DNA of 64,000 bases from Thermodesulfobacteriota bacterium (GCA_965202785.1 OZ241855.1:448001-512000), one strand, 5' to 3'. Positions 11,034 through 22,093 are shown, counted from the first letter of the stretch. Notes: generated by a model from the letters alone, not told the origin. Numbers and translations: made by a program.

Positions 11034-11288
11034 TTTGATCCCTCCATTGAGCGCATTATTCACGGATGTTCGTAAACCCCGCACGGCCTTTTAATTGTAC
11101 CTGACAGCAAAGTTATGCTTAATTCCGCAAAACGGGTAAAATAATAGAATTAGGGTTTCCTGCCTGATTTCTATCAGCGGTTATCTTTTTGTCCGGCATT
11201 GGGTTATCCGGCCGCGTGCCGCCCGCGACATGGCTTGAAAAATTTACCGACGGAACCGGAATTTTCGAATTTCGCCTAAGCGCCCTTT

Positions 11289-12005
11289 ATGAACCTGTTC
11301 ACGGAAGGAACAAACAACATATTAATGCTGCTTGTAAGCACCGGACCTGTGGTAAAGGCCGTGCTTCTGCTTTTAATTTTCATGTCGGTTGTTTCCTGGG
11401 CGATCATCTACACTAAATTCCGTCTTCTAAGAAGTTCTTCCAAGAAATCAGCCGCGTTTCTCAATCTTTATCATTCAAACGAAGACATGAGGGCGCTTCT
11501 CTCCTTCTCGGAGAAGGTAGGCGGTCCGGTTGCCGAGCTGTTCAGGGCGGGCTATGCGGAAGTGGTTAAAACGGAGAAAAAGAAAAGCCGGGGCGAACTT
11601 GATCCTAAGGGGCCCGGAGACATTTCTTCCCGTTCCGAATCCGTAGACTTGGTGGAAAGAGCGCTTAACAGGGCGATGACCAAAGAGGCTTCAAAGCTTG
11701 AAAAATCCCTGGTTTTCCTTGCAACCACCGGCAGTTCAGCTCCATTCATAGGGTTGTTCGGAACCGTTTGGGGCATTATGAACTCCTTTATAGGACTTGC
11801 GGGAAGCAAGGGTGTTCCCTCGCTTGAGGTCGTGGCTCCGGGAATCGCGGAGGCGCTTATAGCGACCGCTATCGGTCTTGCGGCCGCCATACCCGCCACG
11901 ATAGCTTACAACTACTTTGTCAACCGGGTAAGAGCCATGGAGGTGGAAATGGAGCACTTCTGTGCCGGATTTCTGAACACGGCGGAAAGGTATCTAAACA
12001 GGTAG
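11289..12005 (+). CDS. tolQ: TolQ (MotA/TolQ/ExbB family)
   Basis: LATTGSSAPFIGLFGTVWGIM, PGIAEALIATAIGL. Confidence 0.92.
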   Translation: MNLFTEGTNNILMLLVSTGPVVKAVLLLLIFMSVVSWAIIYTKFRLLRSSSKKSAAFLNLYHSNEDMRALLSFSEKVGGPVAELFRAGYAEVVKTEKKKSRGELDPKGPGDISSRSESVDLVERALNRAMTKEASKLEKSLVFLATTGSSAPFIGLFGTVWGIMNSFIGLAGSKGVPSLEVVAPGIAEALIATAIGLAAAIPATIAYNYFVNRVRAMEVEMEHFCAGFLNTAERYLNR

Positions 12006-12021
12006 CGGGGAATTTCGCCTC

Positions 12022-12465
12022 ATGGCAGCGGGAAAATTCAACACCGGCCGGAGCAGGTCAGTCCTCTCAGAGATAAACGTCACTCCCTTTGTTGACGTAA
12101 TGCTGGTTCTTCTGGTTATTTTCATGGTCACCACTCCAATACTTTATCAGGGAATCAGGGTAAACCTTCCACAGACGGCATCTTCTAAAATCCCGGTCAA
12201 AAACCAGAAACAGATAACCGTGACCGTAACCGGATCCGGAAATATATTTCTCGAAGACACAAGCTATCCGCTTTCAGAAATCGCCGCCGCTCTCGGCAAA
12301 TTAATGGCGGCGGAGGGAACCTCGCCTGAGAGCGGACGGGTTTTTCTCAGAGCCGACAAATCGGTCAAATACGGATTCGTGGTAAAGGTCATAGACGAGA
12401 TAAAGAAAACCGGCGTTGAAAAGCTGAGCCTGATCACGGAGTCAAAAAACATAAGGGACAAATAA
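12022..12465 (+). CDS. tolR: TolR (ExbD/TolR family)
   Basis: SEINVTPFVDVMLVLLVIFMV, LRADKSV.YG. Confidence 0.9.
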   Translation: MAAGKFNTGRSRSVLSEINVTPFVDVMLVLLVIFMVTTPILYQGIRVNLPQTASSKIPVKNQKQITVTVTGSGNIFLEDTSYPLSEIAAALGKLMAAEGTSPESGRVFLRADKSVKYGFVVKVIDEIKKTGVEKLSLITESKNIRDK

Positions 12466-12481
12466 GCGGACATGTGAAAAG

Positions 12482-13336
12482 ATGAAGGGAGAAAAGAATC
12501 AGTTTCGCAAAGGGCTTTTTATTTCCCTGGGTCTTCATCTGCTGATTGTCTGCCTGCTTGCTCTCGGAGTCGGAAGGCACGGGCAGGTCTCCTCCGAGCA
12601 ATCAATAGAAGTGTCGCTCTCGACCCAAGTTCCGCGAGCCAGCGAGAAAAAATCAGTTGTCAGGACTCCAAGCCGTCCCCAGAAGCCCAAGAAAAGCACA
12701 AAAAAGATCAAAGAAGCTCCTAAAAAGCAGGTAAAGTCTCCCCAGAAGAAAAAAGCGGCCCCGGTGAAGGCAAAAAAAGAAAAAAGTCCGGAAGCCCCAG
12801 CGCCGCAGACAAAACCAAACAAGAAGCCAAAAGAACCCCCAGTGACAAGCAAGGAAACATCGCCAGTCACAGAACCCGAAACGGAAAAAGAAGAAGCCGC
12901 CGCCGAGAAAAAAGCTCTTGAATCCGGAAAAAAGGAAGTGATCAGGAGCATCAAGAAAGAATCCGTTTTAAGCAGCATCAAGAAAAGTGCCGGGCAAGCG
13001 TCTGTCGAACCGACTCCCAAAGAATCCGGCCCCGGGGTCATCTCACTTGTGCTTGACGTCTATTACAGAACAATATCGAAACGGATACAGAGAAGCTTGA
13101 TACTGCCACTTAACATAGATTCCGGTATCCTTCTGGCGGCTCAGGTAAATTTTTACATGAAAGAAACCGGCGAGGTGTACGATGTGGGAATAGAAAGAAG
13201 CTCCGGGAACCTGAAGTTCGATTCTTACTGCATAAAGGCTGTAAACGACGCTTCGCCACTTCCCCCTCCGCCAAGTGAGTTGAGAGACAGGATAAAGTCG
13301 GAATTCTTTGTCATCTCCTGTGAAAGCAAAAAGTGA
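12482..13336 (+). CDS. tolA: TolA/TonB-family energy transducer
   Basis: SLGLH TM motif, Lys/Pro/Glu-rich linker, C-terminal SSGN..FD...AV..ASPLPPPP. Confidence 0.75.
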   Translation: MKGEKNQFRKGLFISLGLHLLIVCLLALGVGRHGQVSSEQSIEVSLSTQVPRASEKKSVVRTPSRPQKPKKSTKKIKEAPKKQVKSPQKKKAAPVKAKKEKSPEAPAPQTKPNKKPKEPPVTSKETSPVTEPETEKEEAAAEKKALESGKKEVIRSIKKESVLSSIKKSAGQASVEPTPKESGPGVISLVLDVYYRTISKRIQRSLILPLNIDSGILLAAQVNFYMKETGEVYDVGIERSSGNLKFDSYCIKAVNDASPLPPPPSELRDRIKSEFFVISCESKK

Positions 13337-13956
13337 TTCGCATGCGCCTGATACTCGTAAGACACGGAAAAACAGACTGGAACGAAACCGGAAAATGTCA
13401 GGGGATAAGCGATGTTCCACTTAATCACGCCGGAATGGAGCAGGCGGAGAAAGTGGCTTTCTCCCTTAAGGATGAAAGTATCGACCGCATATACTCAAGC
13501 GGCCTTGTAAGGGCGAAGACGACGGCGGAGAAAATCGCCGCGTACCACTCCATTGACGTTGATATCAGAGATGATCTCCGGGAGATGGATCAGGGAATTT
13601 TCGAGGGGCTTGATTTCTCCTACATAAGGGAAAAATATTCTGACGTGCTTGAGCACTGGCGCAAAGATCCGGAAACCCTGCAGTTACCAGGCGGAGAGTC
13701 ATTGAAAGGCGTTCAGCGAAGGGCCCTTGACGCCATAGTAGATATCAAAAGCCGTTTCGAATCGCAGAATATAGTGGTCGTAAGCCACAATATGGTCATA
13801 GGCACACTGCTTTGCAGTTTTACCGGAAGCTCCCTTAAGAAATTGCGCGATTACATAGTAGACGAAGCCTCAAAAAGCGTTGTTGAAATATACGACGACA
13901 GGTTCGTTATAATATCTTTTAACGATATTGATCACCTAGACCCTCCCGTTGAGTAA
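13333..13956 (+). CDS. histidine phosphatase family protein
   Basis: LVRHGKTDWN, LREMDQG.FEG, GGES, VVSH. Confidence 0.9.
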   Translation: MIRMRLILVRHGKTDWNETGKCQGISDVPLNHAGMEQAEKVAFSLKDESIDRIYSSGLVRAKTTAEKIAAYHSIDVDIRDDLREMDQGIFEGLDFSYIREKYSDVLEHWRKDPETLQLPGGESLKGVQRRALDAIVDIKSRFESQNIVVVSHNMVIGTLLCSFTGSSLKKLRDYIVDEASKSVVEIYDDRFVIISFNDIDHLDPPVE

Positions 13957-13974
13957 GTCAGGCCGCAAAAACTC

Positions 13975-15648
13975 ATGAAGGACGAAATACTGAAAATCAT
14001 AAAAGAGTCCGTGGATTCGCTCACATTACCCGGAAGCCCGATGGGAAACGAGACAGAGTTCGAGGTATCGGTACCTAAAAAAAAGGAATTCGGAGATTTC
14101 TCCACGAATGCGGCGCTCGTTATAGGGAGCATGAAAGGTGAAAATCCCCGTGAAGTCGCGCAAAAAATAGTTGAGGCTATAGAGCAGCTTCAGCACGGGT
14201 TCATAGAAAGGCTCGAGATTGCGGGACCGGGATTCATAAATTTTTTCGTTAACGAAACCCTGTTCGAATCACAACTTAGAGAAATTCTCCGTCTCGGCGA
14301 TAAGTACGGAACTTCCCGCGGGGGTTCCGGACAGAAAGTGATAGTTGAATTCGTAAGCGCCAATCCTACTGGCTACCTTCATTTCGGCCACGCCCGAAAC
14401 GCCGTTGTCGGAGACTCGGTGTGCAGAATACTTTCTTTTTGCGGATACGAGGTGACCAGAGAATTCTACATAAATGACGCAGGCAGGCAGATGGATATGC
14501 TTGGCGAGTCGGTATACTCGGCTCTTGCACAATCCCACGGACTTAAAAGAGAGCTTCCGGAAGACGGCTATCGCGGCAAGTACATCTCAGAACTCGCCGG
14601 GGAAATAAAAAAATCGCAAGAATGCCCTCAAGTGCCCGGGGATGAATCGGCAGCTATCGAGTTCTGCAGGGAGTTTGCTTACTCAAGGCTTCTTGAGGAA
14701 ATGAAAACTGACCTTCTGGACCTGAGGGTGAATTTTGACAACTGGTACAGCGAGAGAACCAAAATACACGGCCGCGGTTCTGAAGAGGGAAAACTGGATA
14801 ACACTCTTGCCAGACTCAAGGACCTTGGGGCAGTTGAAAGAAAGGAGCAGGCGCTCTGGTTCAGGGCTTCCCTGTACGGGGACGGCAAGGACTGGGTAAT
14901 AATAAAAAAAGACGGCGATCCGACTTACTTTCTATCCGACATAGCTTACCACGTGGATAAATATTCAAGAGGATTTTCCAAGCTGGTAAACGTCTGGGGA
15001 GCCGATCACCACAGCCACGTATCGCGTCTTAAGTCCTCCATTAAGGCTCTCGGCCTGAATGAATCTTCCCTGCATATGCTCCTTATACAGTTCGTGAGGC
15101 TCGTAAGAGACGGTGTGGAAGTCTCTATGTCGAAAAGAGCAGGAGATTTCGTCACGCTCCGCGAAGTGCTCCGCGAGGTCGGATGTGACGCCACGAGATT
15201 CTTTTTGCTCATGAGAAGCTCCGACAGCCACCTTGATTTTGACCTTTCACTGGCGAAAGAAGAGTCCAGCGAAAATCCCGTTTACTACGTTCAGTACGCA
15301 AACGCTAGAATTTCAAGTCTGCTAAGAAACTCCGAGAAAGCGGGAGTGAGTGCCTCGGAGGAGCATCTTAATCTCCTTTCGGACGATGAAGAACGAAGCT
15401 TAATGAAAACACTTCTAAGATTCCCCGAGGTAGTGCATTCGGCGGCCGAGTCGCTTTCCCCGCACAAAGTGGTTTATTATCTTCAGGAATTGGCGGCCGA
15501 GTTTCATTTTTATTACAATAAGACGAGAATTCTCGACTCGGAGAACACCGGCATGGCCTCGGCAAGACTCTATCTGGCACGTTGCGTACAGGTAGTAATA
15601 GAAAACGGTCTCGGTCTTCTCGGAATAAACGCCCCCAGAAGCATGTGA
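13975..15648 (+). CDS. argS: arginine--tRNA ligase
   Basis: VEFVSANPTGYLHFGH, WGADH, MSKRAG, NPVYYVQYA. Confidence 0.98.
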   Translation: MKDEILKIIKESVDSLTLPGSPMGNETEFEVSVPKKKEFGDFSTNAALVIGSMKGENPREVAQKIVEAIEQLQHGFIERLEIAGPGFINFFVNETLFESQLREILRLGDKYGTSRGGSGQKVIVEFVSANPTGYLHFGHARNAVVGDSVCRILSFCGYEVTREFYINDAGRQMDMLGESVYSALAQSHGLKRELPEDGYRGKYISELAGEIKKSQECPQVPGDESAAIEFCREFAYSRLLEEMKTDLLDLRVNFDNWYSERTKIHGRGSEEGKLDNTLARLKDLGAVERKEQALWFRASLYGDGKDWVIIKKDGDPTYFLSDIAYHVDKYSRGFSKLVNVWGADHHSHVSRLKSSIKALGLNESSLHMLLIQFVRLVRDGVEVSMSKRAGDFVTLREVLREVGCDATRFFLLMRSSDSHLDFDLSLAKEESSENPVYYVQYANARISSLLRNSEKAGVSASEEHLNLLSDDEERSLMKTLLRFPEVVHSAAESLSPHKVVYYLQELAAEFHFYYNKTRILDSENTGMASARLYLARCVQVVIENGLGLLGINAPRSM

Positions 15649-15650
15649 AA

Positions 15651-16178
15651 ATGACTGAAGAAAAAAAAGAAAAAAATCCCCGGGTTCTGCGGCTTTCTCT
15701 GGTTTTTCTCGTTGTCTTCACAATGGTGTTTTCCCTGGGAGTCGTGGTGGGGAAAAAATTCATCCCCGCGGACGAGCCTGTCTCGGCGGAGAAATCTCCC
15801 GGACTTCTGGAAAAATTGTTTTCGCTTGTCTCACGAGAGAAAACCCTAAGCGGTGAACCGGAAAAACCGGCCGTCACTCCAGATGAAAAAGACCCATCCG
15901 CCCGTGATAAGTACCTGTCGGCGATGATCAATCCTGACCATAAATACACCATTCAGATCAGCTCTTTCCTGAGCAAGAAAGTCGCCAACCGAACCGTGAG
16001 ATTCTACAAGGACAGGGGATATCCCGCTTTTATAAGGGAGTACTCGCCTTCTGAAATCACAACTTTCTACAGAGTGAGGATAGGAACCTTTCAATCCAAG
16101 GAACAGGCACGGGAATACGGAACCGAAATAAAGGAAAAAGAAAGGGATTTCAAGTTCTACGTAACTGTTAACGACTGA
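15651..16178 (+). CDS. membrane-anchored SPOR domain protein (FtsN/DedD-like)
   Basis: TM segment, YTIQISSF, FYRVRIGTF; located after argS. Confidence 0.85.
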   Translation: MTEEKKEKNPRVLRLSLVFLVVFTMVFSLGVVVGKKFIPADEPVSAEKSPGLLEKLFSLVSREKTLSGEPEKPAVTPDEKDPSARDKYLSAMINPDHKYTIQISSFLSKKVANRTVRFYKDRGYPAFIREYSPSEITTFYRVRIGTFQSKEQAREYGTEIKEKERDFKFYVTVND

Positions 16179-16249
16179 ACGGCAGAGGACAGCCGTAAAT
16201 CGTCTACCTGCGATAGACTACAAAGGAAGTTACAGGGTATTATTTTTTT

Positions 16250-16993
16250 ATGGAAAACGATTGGTCAAAATCTAACTCCGAGGAAGCTGACGAGAGGTCT
16301 AAAACCGGGAGAAAACCGGACTCTGGCAAGCTTCTCTCAGGCGGGATCAAGTCTTGGTGGCTCTTTCTCATGAAACCTATAGAGGACTTTCTTATAGAAA
16401 GGGAGTTTCGCCCCAACGTACTTACCATTACCACCCTGATAGTTTCCGCACTTGCGGGGTGGTTTTTCCATCTGGGCATGATCTTCATAGCCGGAGTTCT
16501 GCTGCTGGCCGGCTCGACTTTTGATATCTTCGATGGAAGGGTAGCGCGAGCCCAAGGCCTTAATTCACCCAGAGGAGCTTTTTTTGACTCCTGCGTGGAC
16601 AGATATTCAGAAGTTCTTATCTATCTGGGTCTTCTGAGCTTTTTCAGAGACACTTTTTTCGTTTATATCGTTTTCCTTACAGTCAGCTGTTCCATGATGG
16701 TCAGCTACACAAGGGCGAGGGCCGAGGGGCTTGGAATCGACTGCGAGGTGGGGATAATGCAGAGAGCCGAGAGAGTAGTTTACTTGGGGGTTCTCTCGAC
16801 GTTTAACTTCCTTGGCAACATAGTTACCTTTCTTATGGGGCTTGGAAACAGGGATTACCTTCTGAAGCTTTCAGTCCTCATTCTCTTCGTCTTTTCCTTC
16901 TACACCTCAATACAGAGAATGATTCACGTAATGAGCAAGATAGAGAAAGCCGAAAACGGCGGGACGGACGGAACTGGAAAAGCCGCGGACTAG
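16250..16993 (+). CDS. CDP-alcohol phosphatidyltransferase
   Basis: [14 protein letters not shown]...[26 protein letters not shown]. Confidence 0.92.
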   Translation: MENDWSKSNSEEADERSKTGRKPDSGKLLSGGIKSWWLFLMKPIEDFLIEREFRPNVLTITTLIVSALAGWFFHLGMIFIAGVLLLAGSTFDIFDGRVARAQGLNSPRGAFFDSCVDRYSEVLIYLGLLSFFRDTFFVYIVFLTVSCSMMVSYTRARAEGLGIDCEVGIMQRAERVVYLGVLSTFNFLGNIVTFLMGLGNRDYLLKLSVLILFVFSFYTSIQRMIHVMSKIEKAENGGTDGTGKAAD

Positions 16994-17334
16994 GAGGTTC
17001 TCTCTCTTATCCTGCTGGCTTTCTTTGAAAGGCCTCTTAGGTAGTAAAGCTTGGCTCTTCTCACGCGGCCTTTTCTTTTTACTTCTATTTTCCCTATAAG
17101 GGGGGAATGCAGGGGAAAGATTCTCTCGACACCTATACCGTAGGAGACCTTCCTTACCGTGAAAGTTTCCCTGAAGCCCGAACCTTTTTTGGCTATCACG
17201 GTGCCTTCAAAAACCTGGATCCTTCTCCTTTCACCTTCCTTGATGTTGTAGTGGACCGATACCGTGTCCCCAGCTCGAAATTCCGGCAGGTCCGTTCTCA
17301 GGTGCTTTTTTTCAACTTCTGCTATAATTCCCAT
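16990..17334 (-). CDS. rplS: 50S ribosomal protein L19
   Basis: [32 protein letters not shown]. Confidence 0.99.
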   Translation of the reverse strand: MGIIAEVEKKHLRTDLPEFRAGDTVSVHYNIKEGERRRIQVFEGTVIAKKGSGFRETFTVRKVSYGIGVERIFPLHSPLIGKIEVKRKGRVRRAKLYYLRGLSKKASRIRERTS

Positions 17335-17455
17335 TTTCTCAATCTTCCTTTTCGCGGGATGTTGAATATACAGAACCCCATGGGGATTGTCAAAATATTA
17401 GAAAGGCTTTTTTCGGCTGTTTCAAAAAGCTTCCCGAAACGTCCGTTCCAGCCGG

Positions 17456-18754
17456 TCAGGCTCCACAGGAAAGCAACCTGTCAAGCACTACGGCGGCCGC
17501 GCTTCTTACCGAAAGATGATTGAATTCACTATAGCCGCTTATGGGTTTCAGCACATAGTCGGCTGCTTTTATTGTCTCAAGTGTGAGTCCCCACCCCGTG
17601 CCGAAAAGAATCAGAAAAGGTTCCGTGTTTTCGAATATTTTTTCCCGAAGCGCCCGGTAGCCAGTCATGTCATCTGAAAAGCGGGCGTCAGTGACCACTA
17701 TTTTCGGTTTTTTCCCTTCGATTTCCTCTATCTGCTCGACGGCCTCCTCGATAGTGCTCATTATGCTTATGATGCCGAAAGCCTTGCTTTTGGTCTCGTT
17801 AAAATTCCTTCCCTCTCCCTCGATCCAGTGATCAACGAGTCTGCCCGCAAGGCGGCGCTGCTCTTCGACAGGGTTTATCAGATAGAATTTTTTGACTCCG
17901 TACGTAGTGGCATCCCTTGATATGTCGTGCGCGTCTATGCTCTTAAAGGCAGTCGAGACGACTTCGAGACGGCTATTATACGCCGGATAATGCACAAGGG
18001 CTATGTAAACCTTAAAATCCGGAGAATTGCCGGTCTTGAGTTCCTTTAGGAAAGCGTCTTCTTCCTTGGAAAGTTGGGCGTCGTCAAGGGAAGCGGGGTT
18101 GTGGATGAAAGTACTTTTTATACTCTCCTGCCTTCTCCATTTCCTTATTTTTTCGTGATCTCCTGAAAGAAGCAGCTCGGGGACCTTCTTTCCCTTGTAT
18201 GTACGCGGCTTCGTATACTGGGGATACTGAAGAAGTCCGTTTGTAAGAGACTCAGAGGCAAGAGACTCGGTGTTTCCGAGAACCCCCGGGAGGTATCTCG
18301 ACACGGCATCCACTATCAGGGAACAGGCGTATTCCCCCCCGGAATTTATGTACTTCCCAGTTGATATCTTCATATCAACATAAAGTTCGCTCACCCTGTC
18401 GTCCACCCCTTCGTACCTGCCGCAGAGGATTATCAGCTGCTCAAACCCGCAAAGTTCCTGCGCCTTGCGGTCATCAAACTCCTCTCCCTTGGGAGTCGTG
18501 AGAATTACGGCGGAGCGAAGCCCTTTTTCCCTTATACGACCGATAGCATTCCCTATCGGTTCCGGGGTCATAAGCATTCCGCTCCCCCCTCCGTACGGAG
18601 TATCATCCGTTTTTCCATGCTTATCCGCGGAATAAGCTCTCAGGTCGTGGACGTTTATCTCCACCGCCTCGCTCTCAACTGCCCTGCTTATCACCCCGAA
18701 CGAAAAAACGGAATCAAAAAAACCGGGAAAGATCGTCACTATGTCAAACTTCAT
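17456..18754 (-). CDS. trmD: tRNA (m1G37) methyltransferase TrmD fused to a second C-terminal SPOUT domain
   Basis: DDTPYGGG.GM, CGRYEGVD, YPQYTKP, LLSGDH; C-terminal ALVHYP...FGTGWGL...FNHLSVRSAAA. Confidence 0.95.
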   Translation of the reverse strand: MKFDIVTIFPGFFDSVFSFGVISRAVESEAVEINVHDLRAYSADKHGKTDDTPYGGGSGMLMTPEPIGNAIGRIREKGLRSAVILTTPKGEEFDDRKAQELCGFEQLIILCGRYEGVDDRVSELYVDMKISTGKYINSGGEYACSLIVDAVSRYLPGVLGNTESLASESLTNGLLQYPQYTKPRTYKGKKVPELLLSGDHEKIRKWRRQESIKSTFIHNPASLDDAQLSKEEDAFLKELKTGNSPDFKVYIALVHYPAYNSRLEVVSTAFKSIDAHDISRDATTYGVKKFYLINPVEEQRRLAGRLVDHWIEGEGRNFNETKSKAFGIISIMSTIEEAVEQIEEIEGKKPKIVVTDARFSDDMTGYRALREKIFENTEPFLILFGTGWGLTLETIKAADYVLKPISGYSEFNHLSVRSAAAVVLDRLLSCGA

Positions 18755-18770
18755 CGCAGTATCACCGGAA

Positions 18771-19304
18771 TTACTCGAGGAGTCCCTCTACTGGTTCCAG
18801 GGTGATCGTCGAACCGTCAAGATCCACCGCGGTCACGAACTTTTCGACAAACGGAACCAGAAATTCCCGGCCCCGTTCCGGACTCTTTATCACGAGAATG
18901 TCGTGTCCACCCGAATCGATAAGGTCCTTTACCTCCCCGATATTATCTCCGTGGGAGGTACGGACCCGAAGCCCGATGAGGTCAGCCCAATAATATTCAT
19001 CTTCTCCCGGGGGGTGCAAATCATTTTTTTCGACCAGAACACGGAGATTTTTAAGTGCGTCGGCGGCCTCGAGGGTATCAATGTCCTCTAGCTTAACAAT
19101 CGCGACGTTTTTCTGGATTCTTATCCTGGAGAGACTGAATCTTCGTGGTTCTTTCCGGTTGGGAACTTCTACATAGATTTTTCCTATCCCGGAGAGGGTT
19201 TCGGGGTGCCCGCCGAAGGCGAACACCTTCACTTCACCGTAAAGACCATGTCTTTTGGTTATCTTCCCGTAGAGAACAAGGTTTTGTTTCGCGCTTTCCG
19301 GCAA
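18771..19304 (-). CDS. rimM: ribosome maturation factor RimM
   Basis: GKITKRHGLYGEVK, DEYYWADLIG, LVPFV; operon context. Confidence 0.95.
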   Translation of the reverse strand: MPESAKQNLVLYGKITKRHGLYGEVKVFAFGGHPETLSGIGKIYVEVPNRKEPRRFSLSRIRIQKNVAIVKLEDIDTLEAADALKNLRVLVEKNDLHPPGEDEYYWADLIGLRVRTSHGDNIGEVKDLIDSGGHDILVIKSPERGREFLVPFVEKFVTAVDLDGSTITLEPVEGLLE

Positions 19305-19306
19305 TG

Positions 19307-19546
19307 CTACTCAAGGATCTCCAAGACGGCGCGTTTTTTCATTTTTGCGGCCGCGGCGCTCAATATGCTGCGAATCGCCTTTGCGGTTCTTCCCTGTTTT
19401 CCGATTACCTTCCCCAAGTCTTCGGAGGCCACTCTAAGCTCAATAACCGTAGTTTTCTCGCCCGCCACCTCTGTCACCTTAACCTCCTCGGGGTTGTCGA
19501 CAATGGATTTAGCCATGAATTCGACAAAGTCTTTGAGCTGACTCAT
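19307..19546 (-). CDS. khpA: KH-domain RNA-binding protein KhpA
   Basis: [17 protein letters not shown] between rpsP and rimM. Confidence 0.93.
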   Translation of the reverse strand: MSQLKDFVEFMAKSIVDNPEEVKVTEVAGEKTTVIELRVASEDLGKVIGKQGRTAKAIRSILSAAAAKMKKRAVLEILE

Positions 19547-19608
19547 AAGGAGCATCCCTCCTGAAACTAGAATTTTTGCGTATGAATTTTCGCGTGGAAG
19601 AAAACGTG

Positions 19609-19842
19609 CTACGTAACCTGTGATATGAGCTTGCTGACCCTGTTGGTTGCCTTGGCGCCGTTATCCATCCACGCTTTCACTCTTTCCATGTCTACCTTGA
19701 GTTCGTGAGGTTTCTTCCGCGGATCGTAATGTCCCAGTATTTCAAGAAACTTCCCGTCGCGCGGGGAACGGACATCCGCGGCAACTATCCTGTAAAACGG
19801 CCTCTTCTTGGATCCAATCCTGCTCAATCTTATCTTGACCAA
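19609..19842 (-). CDS. rpsP: 30S ribosomal protein S16
   Basis: [21 protein letters not shown]; TTG start with AGGAGG. Confidence 0.99.
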   Translation of the reverse strand: MVKIRLSRIGSKKRPFYRIVAADVRSPRDGKFLEILGHYDPRKKPHELKVDMERVKAWMDNGAKATNRVSKLISQVT

Positions 19843-19885
19843 ACTGCTGTTACCTCCTGAATTCGGGGTTAAAGATATGCTCCCG

Positions 19886-21220
19886 TCATCTGAATTTCAT
19901 CATTCTTTTTGCTAGTTTACCCATTTTCCCCATGTTTTTCATCATGTTTCGCATCTGTATGTAGTTTTTTATCATGCGGTTCACGTCAGGCACCGTAGTT
20001 CCGCTTCCCTTGGCGATTCTCTTTCTGCGACTGCCGTTCAGAATAGCATGATTCCTTCTTTCGGGCACCGTCATGGAATTGATTATCGCAAGGCTCTTTT
20101 TTATCTCCTCCTCCGCCTTCGCCATCGCTTCGGGGTTATCGCTGACCTTTTTCATCCCCGGAACCATGTGAGCTATGTTTTCTATTGAACCGAGTTTGCT
20201 CATGGCCAGTATCGATTCCCTGTAATCTTCGAGGGAGAACTGCTTTTTCGATATTCTCTCCGCGAGTTTTTTCGTTCTTTCCTCTTCAAAAGCGTCTTCC
20301 GCCTTTTCTATGAGGCTGAGGACGTCTCCCATTCCCAGAATTCTCGAGGCTATTCTCTCGGGGTGAAAGACCTCAAGCGCGTCGGCTTTCTCTCCCGTTC
20401 CGAAAAATTTTATAGGTTTGCCGGTGGTAGCCTTTATCGAAAGGGCCGCCCCTCCCCTAGCGTCCGCATCCATCTTCGTGAGAATCACGCCGTCGAGGTC
20501 AATAGCTTCATCAAAGCCCTGCGAGACGTTCACGGCATCCTGTCCCGTCATCGAGTCGGCAACCAGGAGGATTTCATGGGGATTTACCTTCTTCTTTATG
20601 CTTCCCAGTTCATCCATTAGCTCGCGGTCAAGATGAAGGCGTCCGGCCGTGTCTATGATCACCGCGTCCGCCCCATGTTTCGCGGAGGCCGAGACCGCAT
20701 CCGCGCACACGTCCACGGGGTCCGAACCGGCCACGGTATCGTGGACGCTTACGTCTATTTTTTCTCCGAGCACCTTGAGCTGCTCTATCGCGGCGGGCCG
20801 GTAGATGTCTGCGGGAACCAGAAGCGGGGTCTTATCGTGGCGTTCCTTAAGAAACTTGGCAAGCTTCGACGCCGTAGTGGTTTTTCCCGAACCCTGGAGC
20901 CCTACCAGCATTATTATCACGGGAGGCGAGACGTTTAGATTCAGGGGTTCGTTTTCCAACCCCAGAATGCCGGTAAGTTCTTCTTTGACTATTTTTACAA
21001 ACTGCTGTCCCGGATTGAGACTCTTTTCGACTTCCCGACCCAGTGCTCTTTCTTTGACAAGCTCGGTGAACTGGCGAACCACTCTGAAATTGACGTCCGC
21101 TTCAAGAAGGCTGAGACGCACTTCGCGAAGCGCGTCCTCTATGTTCTTTTCGCTCAGCTTTCCATAGCCCCCTATCCTTTTGAGGGTGGTGCCGAGTTTT
21201 TTGGAAATTCCTTCAAACAT
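19886..21220 (-). CDS. ffh: signal recognition particle protein Ffh
   Basis: LLEADVN, GLQGSGKTT, DTAGR, RILGMGD, Met-rich tail. Confidence 0.98.
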   Translation of the reverse strand: MFEGISKKLGTTLKRIGGYGKLSEKNIEDALREVRLSLLEADVNFRVVRQFTELVKERALGREVEKSLNPGQQFVKIVKEELTGILGLENEPLNLNVSPPVIIMLVGLQGSGKTTTASKLAKFLKERHDKTPLLVPADIYRPAAIEQLKVLGEKIDVSVHDTVAGSDPVDVCADAVSASAKHGADAVIIDTAGRLHLDRELMDELGSIKKKVNPHEILLVADSMTGQDAVNVSQGFDEAIDLDGVILTKMDADARGGAALSIKATTGKPIKFFGTGEKADALEVFHPERIASRILGMGDVLSLIEKAEDAFEEERTKKLAERISKKQFSLEDYRESILAMSKLGSIENIAHMVPGMKKVSDNPEAMAKAEEEIKKSLAIINSMTVPERRNHAILNGSRRKRIAKGSGTTVPDVNRMIKNYIQMRNMMKNMGKMGKLAKRMMKFR

Positions 21221-21410
21221 CGTTGCATTTCCCGCCACTTCAAGCCATCCGGGGCGGTGTCACGATCTATATAATACCGGAATTACGAAAATACAATCCT
21301 TCCCCGCCCAACGCACAGAAGCGTCAAGGCCCGCGCCTTAACGGAGGAACATGGACAAAAGCCCCCAAGCTATTATAATTACACCAATTTGTATCTTATC
21401 GGAGGCACCG

Positions 21411-21992
21411 TTGAAACTCGGAGCATACAGGTACATAAAACAGTTTCTCAGGGACCCCAAAAGCACGGGTTCCATAACTCCTTCAAATGAAGAACTGTCG
21501 GAGCTTGTTACCGACACCGCACGGCTTGGTGAAATGGGGACCGTGGTAGAACTGGGCCCGGGAACCGGGGTTTTCACCGAGAAGATCCTTGAGAAGAAAA
21601 ACCCCGAGACGCTGTTTTTCGCAATAGAGATCAATCCCGAGTTCTGCGAAGCGACCAAATCACGATGTCCTTCCGCGACAGTCTACAGGGATTCCGCGGA
21701 GAACATGAAAAAATATCTCGAGCAGCACGGAGCGGATTCCTGCGACTGCATTATTTCAAGTCTTCCCTGGGCCGTATTTGACCACGGAACCCAGGACAGG
21801 CTGCTTGACGTAATCTGGAATGTACTTAAGCCCGGAGGCAGGATGATCACCTTCAGCTATTCAGTAAGCATGATGGTTCCAAACGCCAGAAGATTCCGCT
21901 CAATCCTGCGAAACAAGTTCACAAACGTCGTCAAGTCGAAAACCGTCTGGTCCAACTTTCCTCCCGCGTTCGTTTACAGCGCGGAAAAATAA
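21411..21992 (+). CDS. class I SAM methyltransferase, phospholipid N-methyltransferase (PmtA-like)
   Basis: GSITPS, VELGPGTG, ISSLPW, NFPPAFVY; GGAGG then TTG 21411. Confidence 0.75.
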   Translation: MKLGAYRYIKQFLRDPKSTGSITPSNEELSELVTDTARLGEMGTVVELGPGTGVFTEKILEKKNPETLFFAIEINPEFCEATKSRCPSATVYRDSAENMKKYLEQHGADSCDCIISSLPWAVFDHGTQDRLLDVIWNVLKPGGRMITFSYSVSMMVPNARRFRSILRNKFTNVVKSKTVWSNFPPAFVYSAEK

Positions 21993-22093
21993 CGTCGTCT
22001 CGGGCGGCGGCCAAAAACACATCCGCAAGCTAGTTCTCCCCCCGCAAGGGCTGTTGGGTATACTTAATGAATAACGCATAAGCGGTTTCTTTC

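Noticed and set aside
21239-21410. Possible SRP RNA upstream of ffh
   Set aside because: No conserved domain IV (CAGG...GGAA...AGCAG) hairpin found
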